From Acaryochloris marina MBIC11017 (lineage in GTDB: Bacteria > Cyanobacteriota > Cyanobacteriia > Thermosynechococcales > Thermosynechococcaceae): a DNA stretch of 32,000 bases. The position numbers and the translations under genes are program-made. The stretch covers positions 1 through 32,000 of the forward strand of contig NC_009926.1 of NCBI RefSeq assembly GCF_000018105.1, written 5' to 3'. A model generated the notes under the pieces. The model worked only from the letters and a program-made list of their open reading frames with translations, had not been told where the DNA came from and made no database searches. This document shows positions 1 through 8,738 of the stretch, piece by piece. Every line of letters begins with the position of its first letter. Within the stretch, counting starts at the first letter, position 1.

Positions 1-231
1 TTATTGTCCACAGGCATCGCGGAAAAATCTGTCCCAGAAGATTTTGAAGAACGGTTTACGGCCTTTTACCTTGCTGAATCAACCTGTCTTGGTCAACTTG
101 CTAAATCTAAAAACGGTGAGGCTTGCTGCGGAACTGCTGAGTGTACCGTTGATGACCTGGGTTGCTGTGCATAGGATTTTAGAACCAGAGATGCAAGCTT
201 TAGTCAAAGGTAGTTCCGATCATCTCGGTGA

Positions 232-381
232 AGTAAGCAAGTGCTCATCAACCCAGAAGACAAGCAGGTGGAGATTTATAGACCAGGGCAAGATGTTGAA
301 TTGCTGCAATCTCCTAGTACGATTTCTGGAGCGGATGTGCTGCCAGAGTTTAGCCTCAATCTGGAATGGATTTGGAGGTAG
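232..381 (+). pseudogene. 3' remnant of a Uma2-family (DUF820) putative endonuclease
   Basis: Frame 1 reads ..KQVLINPEDKQVEIYRPGQDVELLQSPSTISGADVLPEFSLNLEWIWR*, the typical C-terminus of cyanobacterial Uma2 proteins. The same frame has stops at 172, 211 and 229, so no intact N-terminal half exists. The 44..391 track ORF is an off-frame artefact. Confidence 0.6.
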
Positions 382-532
382 CTTGTATTGAAGGAGGCAG
401 GATTTTCGGAAAATTCGCGATCGCGTGAAGGCCAACCCAAACTGGCGAAAGATGCTGCGATCGCGAAGCCGTACCTTGTCGCAATGACAGCAGAACTCCA
501 AATAATGGCTACGGAGACTTTGTAGCCTGTGC

Positions 533-1318
533 TCAGATCAAGTCTTCCCAACGGTCTACGGCTTCTTCCTCCATGGCAGCAATAAAATCAGCCACGTTCG
601 ATCCATAAATCCCCCAGCTGTTGACCCCGCCAATTTCCACAAGCTTAGGTTCGCCAGCATGTATCCCAATGTCAACAGTCAGCATGTTCATACCAGTTAC
701 GTCCAAGGCTTGTGCAACACTCTCTGCAACGGATCTTATCTCCTGAGGCACTTCAGAGTATGGCTCGTCTGGATACGAGCTGCCGCAGAAAAATATTCCG
801 TTCCGGCAAAAGCAACGGTATTCAGCCTCAAATGAAACCACTTCAGAGACCACAGCTAGCTCATTTTGATGATGTGAGAAAGTCTTTACCCAATGTGAAA
901 GCTCTTGGGTTTTTAAGACCTCCGCTGGGAAAAGCTTGTAATTGGTATCGGAACGGACAAAAATATTATCTCCGAACATCCTTTGAAGGGGTAAATTGGG
1001 TAGTGCTCCAAATGGTGCAAATAGGAAAGCACGTCCTAAAAAAGGATAGATGTAAGAATAGTATTTAGAGCACCTTAGACTCGAATAATCGTCAAAAATA
1101 GCTGTACTGAGTGGTGGATGCCTGAGCAAGCGGGTCATAGCAAACATCGTCCCGTAGCCCACAATCCAATCTTCAGTATCTGGCCATCTACCTAACATTA
1201 CATCGTCCCGATCGATGACGATGGGCTCTATTTTCTTATGTTGTCTTAAATATCCTGCAACTATCTCCGATGCTGGGAACTCTGGGTGCAAGTCTATCAG
1301 CCAGCGCAAAGTCTTCAT
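533..1318 (-). CDS. ATP-grasp domain protein (R2K-like, phage/plasmid type)
   Basis: 261-aa ORF from MKTLRWLID (ATG at 1318). The C-terminal half, ..EYRCFCRNG..MLTVDIG...PKLVEIGGVNSWGIYG.., resembles the R2K-clade ATP-grasp fold. Call rests on remembered motifs only. Confidence 0.5.
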   Translation of the reverse strand: MKTLRWLIDLHPEFPASEIVAGYLRQHKKIEPIVIDRDDVMLGRWPDTEDWIVGYGTMFAMTRLLRHPPLSTAIFDDYSSLRCSKYYSYIYPFLGRAFLFAPFGALPNLPLQRMFGDNIFVRSDTNYKLFPAEVLKTQELSHWVKTFSHHQNELAVVSEVVSFEAEYRCFCRNGIFFCGSSYPDEPYSEVPQEIRSVAESVAQALDVTGMNMLTVDIGIHAGEPKLVEIGGVNSWGIYGSNVADFIAAMEEEAVDRWEDLI

Positions 1319-1514
1319 GACGCAAAATTCCAAGAGAAGCCAAGTTGATTTCTATGCAAAGATGACTTTTGATCATCGAGCAGCAAAAATTTGATTAATC
1401 CACATGAGGCTGTCACATCCATACGGCATAGCTTAACTACGGGATTTTAGAGAGGCAAAGCCTAACGCCTCGCGTCAACAGTGCGGCTTTAACACGTCCA
1501 GCTGCGTGCGCATG

Positions 1515-2012
1515 TTAGGTGGCGTCAACTCTTTGCTTAATGGTCTGGTATGTGTCCACATTGGTGTTAATCTTCGACCCTTGAAAAACAATAACCTCTC
1601 TGGCGCCAGCACCCAATGCTAGCTCTCTTAACACTCTCTCCTCAATTTCCGTAAGCCCACCTTCATTCTTCTCCAGTTGATGAATTATTACTCTAGGAGA
1701 AGTTATGAGCCGATTTCTCAGAAGTTTCCGGATCAAATATTGCAGTATTTTTTCAGCATATGTGAAGTTTGCGACGAAAGAGCGGGAATGATCAAAGGGA
1801 TTTATGAGTTGCAGCCCAGGCTTACTCATGTTTTGACATTCAGCGCCAACACCCTCAACCGTCAATTTATTTTTTTCTCCGCTTACGGCGATTAATGGTT
1901 TGTCTTTTACAGTGGCCCCACTTGAAAACGAGGTGATGCTTACTTCAGATTTGGTAAGTTCAATGAGGAGATCTTCTGAAAAAATGCCCATTAGTCTTTG
2001 AACCAAGTTCAC
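1515..2012 (-). CDS. MreB/actin-like N-terminal-half protein (truncated actin fold)
   Basis: INPFDHSRSFVANFTYAEKILQYLIRK...SPRVIIHQLEKNEGGLTEIEERVLRELALGAGAREVIVFQG parallels MreB (IRPLKDGVIADF..EKML..FI...PRVV.CVP.G.T.VERRA.RE.A..AGAREV.LIEEP). The ORF is only 165 aa and lacks the second half of the actin fold. Confidence 0.5.
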   Translation of the reverse strand: MNLVQRLMGIFSEDLLIELTKSEVSITSFSSGATVKDKPLIAVSGEKNKLTVEGVGAECQNMSKPGLQLINPFDHSRSFVANFTYAEKILQYLIRKLLRNRLITSPRVIIHQLEKNEGGLTEIEERVLRELALGAGAREVIVFQGSKINTNVDTYQTIKQRVDAT

Positions 2013-2121
2013 TGAGTCACCTAAATATGGTTATACGACTACGAGGATAAAAGTGCATTGTTTCTGACAACCCTACCGGTTATACGAGTGGCTCCATGCC
2101 TTGAGCTTGATTAGCCGATTG

Positions 2122-2501
2122 TTAGACACAATACTCTTCAAGCTTTAATGCCTTTGGGAAAGTGACCAAATAGGAGCCTAGCGATAATGTCTCATCGCAG
2201 TCATTTAATTCTGGAATGTACACCTGCACTCCCGTCCTCGCAACGTATTCATAGTTGGCAACTTCTTCAGTAACTCCTGAGTCGGTTGGATTCCTAGATC
2301 CAGAGCACATTTCGGGCATAGCCATTTGAAATTTGTCTGAATGGAATTGCCCGTGGGAAAGGCTGCGATCGCAACCCTGAATTCACGACATTTACAACAG
2401 TGATTCAAGTGAGGCGTTTTCAGCAGATAGACCCCTGCCTTCTTCTGCACATCCAAATCTCCAAGCTTGATCCGGGTCGGTCTTCTAACTTCGGTTGGCA
2501 T
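2122..2501 (-). pseudogene. Zn-ribbon (CxxC...CxxC) protein apparently split by a frameshift
   Basis: MPTEV... starts at ATG 2501 with GGAG 9 nt upstream. It contains HCCKC...WLCPKC, then drifts into implausible sequence. The overlapping ORF 2122..2325 carries a protein-like acidic tail (VTEEVANYEYVARTGVQVYIPELNDCDETL...). The switch point is near 2285. Confidence 0.4.
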
Positions 2502-2744
2502 GGTAAATTCTCCATTGAGAAATGGAAGCAATAGCTACTTCAATTGAGGGCGATTCCCTTAACCAGGAGTCGCCCGTTTACTGAATCTTTTTGCTCAGCA
2601 GCAAAAGATTGATAAACTTCAAACGGATTATTTCGTGGTCGTGGTAAATTCTGAGGCGATTGTGATTGGCAATCTCACTAGGGGCGGCACACTACACTCC
2701 ACGTCGCCCTTTCCCCATCCCCAACTTCCCACCAGTCATTCATC

Positions 2745-3191
2745 TCAAATTCCAAACTTCTTCTGAGCAGCAATGAACAAGGTGCTGGCAGCACACTTGA
2801 TGGTCTCCTCACTTGCATCGTGCTTCCCTAGCTCCCTGGACGCCTCTTGATAACAAAATGAATAGAGGGCCGCTCGGTTAGAAATATAGCTAGCAATCAC
2901 ACTCTTGGTATCCCCATCCAACGCCCCATCATCCAGGGGCGCATCCCCAACCACTGGGGCCTGACCTGGTGCCGAGGCTTGCTCGACCAGGCTGTACTTG
3001 CCTTTGCCATCTTTGGCAATCTGGATGGTTTGGCCTCTACGGAGAGCGAGCAAAGCTACATCGCCAGGTGGTCCCCATAACTTAGCCTCTTCACCATTCG
3101 CTACCTTGATTTTGGCGTTGAGGCGTGGGCCATACTGAGTATCAAATTCTTTAGCCGGGAATAGGAATTGGGCAGTGAGTACCTGGGTCAT
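2745..3191 (-). CDS. hypothetical protein
   Basis: 148-aa ORF with a beta-rich N-terminal part, a Pro/Asp/Gly linker and a helical C-terminal part. No recognisable motif. Confidence 0.55.
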   Translation of the reverse strand: MTQVLTAQFLFPAKEFDTQYGPRLNAKIKVANGEEAKLWGPPGDVALLALRRGQTIQIAKDGKGKYSLVEQASAPGQAPVVGDAPLDDGALDGDTKSVIASYISNRAALYSFCYQEASRELGKHDASEETIKCAASTLFIAAQKKFGI

Positions 3192-3339
3192 GGTTCTGCT
3201 CCTTCAGTGCATCCATTATGGGTAGGTTTGGAGAAGTAGAAACGGGCATACGATTTTTCTCCTGTAGATACGCGAAACCCCCGACACATGCGCCAGGGGT
3301 GCTTTTGAGATGAGTTTTAGGCGAGAGATGGAGAAAATA

Positions 3340-3681
3340 TCAATCATAGGTGTTCGCTATTTTCTTCCACATCACTTGATAGCGAGCAGTTCCACTCTCG
3401 TCTTCAGTAGCTAGATATCCTTTCTCAGTATCAACAATCTCCAAGCTACGAACGGTCAGATATCGTTGGTCTTTTTTGGAGTGTATGTCTACCGTGTTCA
3501 AGTCCAACTCCAATTCATGAGGGTGGAAGTGAAGAAGAATTGCATCCGATTTGACCAGCTTGCAAGCAATCGGGATTTCAATCATTTGCTCTGGGGCAAA
3601 TTCCTCATCAACCAAAGTTAGTTCTAGGACATCACCAACCTTGAGCTGGATGGAGAGTACTTCTAAGATTTGAACATCCAT
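3340..3681 (-). CDS. hypothetical protein
   Basis: 113-aa acidic ORF with no overlapping competitor. No motif recognised. Confidence 0.5.
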   Translation of the reverse strand: MDVQILEVLSIQLKVGDVLELTLVDEEFAPEQMIEIPIACKLVKSDAILLHFHPHELELDLNTVDIHSKKDQRYLTVRSLEIVDTEKGYLATEDESGTARYQVMWKKIANTYD

Positions 3682-3729
3682 GCAAAACGCTCCTGAAATG
3701 CTTGATGTATCGCTGACTCTGCATCACAA

Positions 3730-3879
3730 CTTACACCAATACACCAACCTAAGCCCTATAGCAGCAACATACTCTCTGATGACCGTTCCAAGACTCTCGC
3801 CATTATCAGCCATCTGGAAATCAATCACTTGGAACGTGCGACCATTCCAAACTTCGATTTGGGCAACATAAATATTCAT
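3730..3879 (-). CDS. small hypothetical protein (49 aa)
   Basis: Below the track cut-off. ATG at 3879 is preceded by GGAGG (cccGGAGGttccccgATG). Product: MNIYVAQIEVWNGRTFQVIDFQMADNGESLGTVIREYVAAIGLRLVYWCKL*. Confidence 0.4.
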
Positions 3880-3906
3880 CGGGGAACCTCCGGGAATCTT
3901 GAAGAA

Positions 3907-3935
3907 AGCCCCTTGGTGGGGGATACCAAGGGGCT
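3907..3935 (-). terminator. perfect 11-bp stem hairpin downstream of ndhK
   Basis: AGCCCCTTGGT (3907-3917), 7-nt loop, ACCAAGGGGCT (3925-3935). On the minus strand it is followed by TTCTTC. It sits 140 nt after the ndhK stop. Confidence 0.5.
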
Positions 3936-4077
3936 GTGCGGTTTGAGAGGAGAAAGCGGAACGAGAAGAATTAAAAGAGAACGTTTGGTGGAGGGGGACT
4001 GCTAGGGGAGAGGATCCATTTGAACAAGCTGAAACAGCCCGACAACAAAAGCCAAAGCAGTGAATGTAATCGGTTTG

Positions 4078-4706
4078 TTATGCAACTTCATGGCTTTGCA
4101 AATATTGCCCCGTGACCGCTGGTGGGACTACTTTCATTTTGTGAGGAATAGAATAATACCGATGGGTTTGCTGAGTAGTATCTCGCTCCTGCAAGCTCTC
4201 ATTGGCAATTTTCTTCCGTAGTTTAGTAATGGCATCCAACACTGCCTCTGCACGGGGTGGACATCCCGGAATGTAGACATCAACCGGAATCAGCTTATCA
4301 ACCCCTCTCACAGCACTGGGAGAATCCGCGCTGAACATGCCCCCAGTAATCGTGCAGGCTCCCATTGCCATGACATATTTGGGTTCAGGCATTTGTTCAT
4401 AGAGCCTCACCAATGCAGGAGCATATTTCATGGTGATAGTGCCTGCAGTAATGAGTAAATCAGCTTGACGAGGAGTAGCACGAGGAATCATACCAAAACG
4501 CTCCATATCGAAGCGAGAAGCGTAGGCCCCCATAAACTCCATGAAACAACACGCAGTTCCAAACATAAAGGGGTAGAGGCTAGACATTTTCACCCAGTCA
4601 TACAGATCATCTAAAGCCGTCAATATAACGTTGTCCGATAGTTCCTGAGTGACCTCTAGCGGTGTTATGGGGTTGATGATATTGGCTTCTAGACTTTGTG
4701 GTTTCA
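4078..4706 (-). CDS. ndhK: NAD(P)H-quinone oxidoreductase subunit K (NDH-1 NdhK / NuoB family)
   Basis: [10 protein letters not shown], ..[14 protein letters not shown].., [11 protein letters not shown] and [10 protein letters not shown] are the NuoB/NdhK Fe-S cluster cysteine motifs. The C-terminal tail [24 protein letters not shown] is typical of cyanobacterial NdhK. ATG at 4706 has AGGTGG upstream. Confidence 0.9.
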
Positions 4707-5073
4707 TAGTTAATACCACCTGTTCAAAAAGATTCTAAATTTGCAAGGTAGTTCTGTTGAAATGAGCTATTTATACGCAATATTTTTGTTGCAGCATCTA
4801 TCATTCAAGACTAGAAATAGTAAATTTCAGCCTTGACTTAACAGAACCAAATCCTCCAAGAAAAAGCTTGATTGAATAGAGGATTTTTTGAGAGACAATA
4901 CTATTTTTGAGAACACTTATCCTTGAGCCAAACCCTATTCAAGCCTCACAAATAGATTTCAGAGGTTTGTTAGGCTTTTACGCAAGTGGGCAACTAGTTT
5001 TGTTCTTTATTGGAATTAAAAAATACATAGCAAAGCACCCCAGCCCGGAAGCCAGAGTGAAGCGGGAGGGGCG

Positions 5074-5418
5074 TTAGTACTCGCTGGAGTGCATTAGGGT
5101 TAGAACCCTGGTTGTCTTGGTTAAGTCGCTTGGATCTACCGAGCCGTGAATAAGGTTCGGAGCAAAGTAATCAATTTTCCAGTTGAAGACTTCGCCTTTA
5201 AATTTGATGCACCCAAAATTGTGCTCACCATACGGGTCATTGCTGGGATTGAAATCATCGAACGTGCGGACCAGTCGGAAGAGTTCCTGCTGATCTTCGG
5301 AGGAAAGGGCGTCAACCCCATGGGTCGTAAAGATTCGACCTAGAGAATGATTACCTTGGCGAAATTCATCATTGAGTTCAGCAATGGTTGATGCGTGGGT
5401 TGCTTCGATAGTTGCCAT
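5074..5418 (-). CDS. DUF3768-like plasmid-associated protein
   Basis: Likely start is MATIEATH (ATG 5418); the longer track ORF is an upstream extension. NDPYGEHNFGCIKFKGEVFNWKIDYF resembles the conserved DUF3768 core as I remember it. Confidence 0.55.
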   Translation of the reverse strand: MATIEATHASTIAELNDEFRQGNHSLGRIFTTHGVDALSSEDQQELFRLVRTFDDFNPSNDPYGEHNFGCIKFKGEVFNWKIDYFAPNLIHGSVDPSDLTKTTRVLTLMHSSEY

Positions 5419-5482
5419 GATGTTGAGTCCTCTGAAATCACTTGAAACGAAACAGGGGCAGGGTGCCCCTGTGGTGGACGGT

Positions 5483-5776
5483 CTAAAACTCGTCTTCGTA
5501 CTGAGATTCAGCCCGAAGTTGCCGGGGTGAGGGGATAGTTTCCCAGTCTGCAAGTCGGGCAGACACGCCGAATTGCTTCAAGACCCAATCTCGGAGCCGA
5601 TCACCAACTGAACCAACACGGTTCTTGATGATGATGTAATACTCTTCCAAGGCTCCCCCTTCCCGGACACCAGGCCAAAACTCGACCTGGGCGTACAGCA
5701 AGGAATATTCAGGGTGAAGTGGATCGGTAACTCGTTCGTCGATCCACTGCTCCATTTGCGTTAGAGTAGTGTTCAT
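5483..5776 (-). CDS. hypothetical protein
   Basis: 97-aa ORF directly upstream of, and on the same strand as, the DUF3768-like gene. No motif recognised. Confidence 0.45.
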   Translation of the reverse strand: MNTTLTQMEQWIDERVTDPLHPEYSLLYAQVEFWPGVREGGALEEYYIIIKNRVGSVGDRLRDWVLKQFGVSARLADWETIPSPRQLRAESQYEDEF

Positions 5777-5807
5777 CTGTATTACCTCTGGTAATTGGTT
5801 TACAGAA

Positions 5808-5846
5808 AGAGCCGCTGGTGTTCCTGCTAAGAAAAGCAGCGGCTCT
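5808..5846. other. 10-bp perfect-stem hairpin in the divergent intergenic region
   Basis: AGAGCCGCTG (5808-5817), 19-nt loop, CAGCGGCTCT (5837-5846). It lies about 30 nt upstream of the minus-strand start at 5776. Confidence 0.4.
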
Positions 5847-6026
5847 GTTTAATGGACTGTCTTTGAAATCGTTTCAGTTTTAAGCCTTGATGGGCATCGG
5901 GCTATCCCCGGTGGCTGCGGTATTAGCAGTTTGACCAGCACTCAGCAGAACTCACTTATTTAGTTAGCTTGCAACCCTGGATTTTTGTTTACTGGAGAGG
6001 CCGTTTGCTTTCCTCATCCATGTATT

Positions 6027-6120
6027 TATATTCGCATAATACAGTAATACTGTCAATATAGAATGTTGTGATTTGCGTATTCGCAATTTAAAGCCATAAT
6101 GGCGGTATGCGAATATTAGG
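6027..6120. promoter_or_regulatory. operator-like repeat cluster upstream of the HTH gene
   Basis: ATATTCGCATA at 6028-6038, its exact reverse complement TATGCGAATAT at 6105-6115, a 9/11 direct copy GTATTCGCAAT at 6077-6087, and the palindrome ACAGTAaTACTGT at 6041-6053. The last site abuts the start codon at 6123. Confidence 0.6.
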
Positions 6121-6122
6121 AA

Positions 6123-6497
6123 ATGACTATGTTGAATCGCATAAAAGAGTTACTAGATAACAGGCCAGACCCCGTTAGCGGCACTGACAAAACCACACCT
6201 TATCGGTTTTGGCAAGATACAGGAGTCGGTAGGGATACTGCCTACCGAATGTATAACGACCCCACTTACATCCCTACTAGTAGTGCCCTAAACAAAATTT
6301 GTGAGGCGTATAAAATTCAACCAGGCGATTTCCTAGCATGGGAGCCGGACAGTCTTTCACAAGACAGTGCTGCTCAAACAGAATCACCTGAAATTCCAAG
6401 TAGTCAGGCAAAAAAGTCAGATAAACAGAATCAACAGAAAAATAGTGGCCGAAATTCTTTGCTGAAAATTTTACCCACAATACCTAAAACAGCTTAA
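6123..6497 (+). CDS. helix-turn-helix (XRE/Cro-like) transcriptional regulator with a low-complexity tail
   Basis: The N-terminal ~75 aa (RIKELL...YRFWQDTGVGRDTAYRMYNDPTYIPTSSALNKICEAYKIQPGDFLAW) fit an HTH_XRE-type fold. The C-terminus is Ser/Gln/Lys-rich. Confidence 0.6.
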   Translation: MTMLNRIKELLDNRPDPVSGTDKTTPYRFWQDTGVGRDTAYRMYNDPTYIPTSSALNKICEAYKIQPGDFLAWEPDSLSQDSAAQTESPEIPSSQAKKSDKQNQQKNSGRNSLLKILPTIPKTA

Positions 6498-6693
6498 GCA
6501 ATGCAAACTCATTCGATCTGTTAACTTCCAGAATCATTGCTTTATCTTCCAAACAGTTGACCTGATCAGCAATCACAGCCTTTACTAGAACAAACCATTT
6601 TGGGTGATTGTGCCCAAAATCTATACATAATTGGCAGAGTCAAACCACTGCCAGGCTATAAGGAGGTGAGAAGAATGTAAACACATTAAACGC

Positions 6694-6724
6694 AAAAAAC
6701 CCCGACTGGTCGAAGAGTCAGGGC
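6694..6724 (-). terminator. intrinsic terminator reading on the minus strand, upstream of the rep gene
   Basis: Minus strand reads CCCUGACU-cuucgacc-AGUCGGGG followed by UUUUUU: an 8-bp stem including one G-U pair. The plus-strand reading lacks a good U tract. Confidence 0.55.
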
Positions 6725-6910
6725 TTTAAGCGTCCAAGCACTTCCAATATTTCAGGGGACTTGAACCAAATGCTATTTGTCTCAGCATGAGTTTGGGCCT
6801 CCAATGGAGCCTTGCGTCTATCCTAAGCGATACATATGCAGTGGTCAAGATTGTTATGGGCATTTTTTGGCCAAATGGCTCCCTACTCACTACATTTAGG
6901 GGCCACGGCC

Positions 6911-8566
6911 ATGACCTACTCCAAAACCTTAACTCCCACCTGCAGAGGCAACCCCTGCGACCTCTGCGGGGATATCACAGGCAAATGCAGAAAGGCCGAC
7001 AACCTCAATCTCTGCATGACCCTCTCAGGCCAGATTGAGGGATATCGCTACCTGGGCCAATCCAAAGATGGCCTCTGGGGTAAGTACGTCCTCGATGACG
7101 GGCAAGACCTCAGCCAGGAAGAAAGGGAGCGTCGATGGCAAGAGCAGCGCATTCTTCGGGAACAACGTGCCCAAGCAGAAGCTCAACACCATGCCCAATC
7201 CCTCCCCGCAACAGAACGAGACCAGCATTATCGCCAACTTCTTGACCAGCTCACCCTTCACCCAGCGGATCGAGCTGACTTGCATCGTCGGGGATTGACC
7301 GATGAACAGATCAAAGCCTGGGGGGTGAAGTCAGTTGAGCAATGGCAATCGCTCTCTGGTGAACTACCTCATACCTTGTCTGGAATTGGCTTAGATGGTC
7401 AATCCTTAATTACCCCTAGACCAGGCTATCTCTGCCCCATTGTTGATGCAGATGACCTTATCGTCGGTTTCCAAGTCAGAGCACGAACCGCTGAGGGCGG
7501 TCGCTATTACTGGCTCACAGGTAAAACCAAGAAACGACCCCACGGACCCACCCCTCACCTTCCCAATGGTGAATTACCCCTATCCGTCCATCGTCCCGAA
7601 CAAACCACGAGAGACGCTATCGCACTCGTTGAGGGAACGGGGGCAAAGCCTCACCTCCTTGCTCACCGATTGGGCCAAATCACCATTGGGGCTGCGGGTG
7701 GACTATTCGCTGCATCCCCTGAAACGCTGAAAGCATCACTCGCTCAGCTTGGGACAAACTCGATTGAGTTCTATCCCGATACGGGGGCCATTCAGAACAA
7801 ATCTGTTCTGCGGCAATATCGGGCAACCTGGAAACTATTGAAAGACTGGGGATACACTATCACCGTTGCCTGGTGGAAGCAGACGGATAAGCGCATCCAC
7901 GCTGACATTGATGAACTGGAAGACCTGAGCCAGATTCAGTATTTGTCCGTGGCTGAGTTTGAACGGATTGCAGCTCAATGCAATGGACTATTGCATAAGC
8001 TTCAGCAGGTACTCTCTAAAATCACTCGTCCCTCCTCACCCGCTCAAGGGTTTGCACCTCCCAATGAACAACAAACCCAGATCCCTAACCCTCGCGGAAC
8101 GAAGCGAACTTCGTCAGATGACGAGTGTCTTGCAACGCAGCCTACAACAAGCCGCCGAGCAAAAAGAGCCCGTCGCCGCACTGCACGACTCCTTGCAGCT
8201 CATCGAAGACATGGATATATTTCAAAACTTCGACTGGAAAATTATCGAAGACGCATTAGAAGACATACTTCAAGAGCGACACACGCCAGAGGTAGCAGCC
8301 TACAAAGCCGCTCTGGAGATAACAGGACTCTCGACCCAACAACGCCATTAGTCCAAGAATACCAACCAGGACAACGACTCCAAACTTGGGAAACCCTTAT
8401 CTCATCAGGATTCCCCTATATCCTCGACCAGTCCCAACCGGGAACAGGTAAAAGCTACGACTCTGGGAACGTTACCCCGATTGGCTTTGGGATGGAGCAG
8501 GTTATTTACCTCTCCGACCAACACCGCAATCCCACCGTATCTACTCTAGACCGTGGCAATTATTGG
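6911..8566 (+). pseudogene. plasmid replication primase-helicase (CyRepA1-like), 5' part, interrupted by IS21-family element
   Basis: Probable start is MTYSKTL (ATG 6911). Features: Cys cluster CRGNPCDLCGDITGKC..LC; a Toprim/DUF3854-like segment (AIALVEGTGAKPHLLA...IGAAGG...EFYPDTG); then Walker A ILDQSQPGTGKSY. The frame terminates inside the IS end at 8579. Confidence 0.75.
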
Positions 8567-8738
8567 ATGTCAACCCCATAGGCGATGTCGCGACAACCAC
8601 AAGGCGGATCAACCCCCAAATTTGAACCGTATTATTTGGCGTACACTCCCTTTGCGTTAGCTCTTTTTCAGACCTCATACGATACCTTCAGAACAAAACG
8701 ACAACCCGTGATCGAAATGACAACCAGTGATCGCTCGA

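Noticed and set aside
44-391. 115-aa ORF at the window start, plus the antisense ORFs 220..501 and 276..551
   Set aside because: The composition is implausible. The same DNA read in frame 1 gives a clear Uma2 C-terminus, so these are frame artefacts over a pseudogene.
6661-6680. Minimal start-stop ORF: AGGAGG, 8 nt, then ATG TAA
   Set aside because: It could be a regulatory start-stop element, but a single occurrence without conservation data cannot be told from chance.
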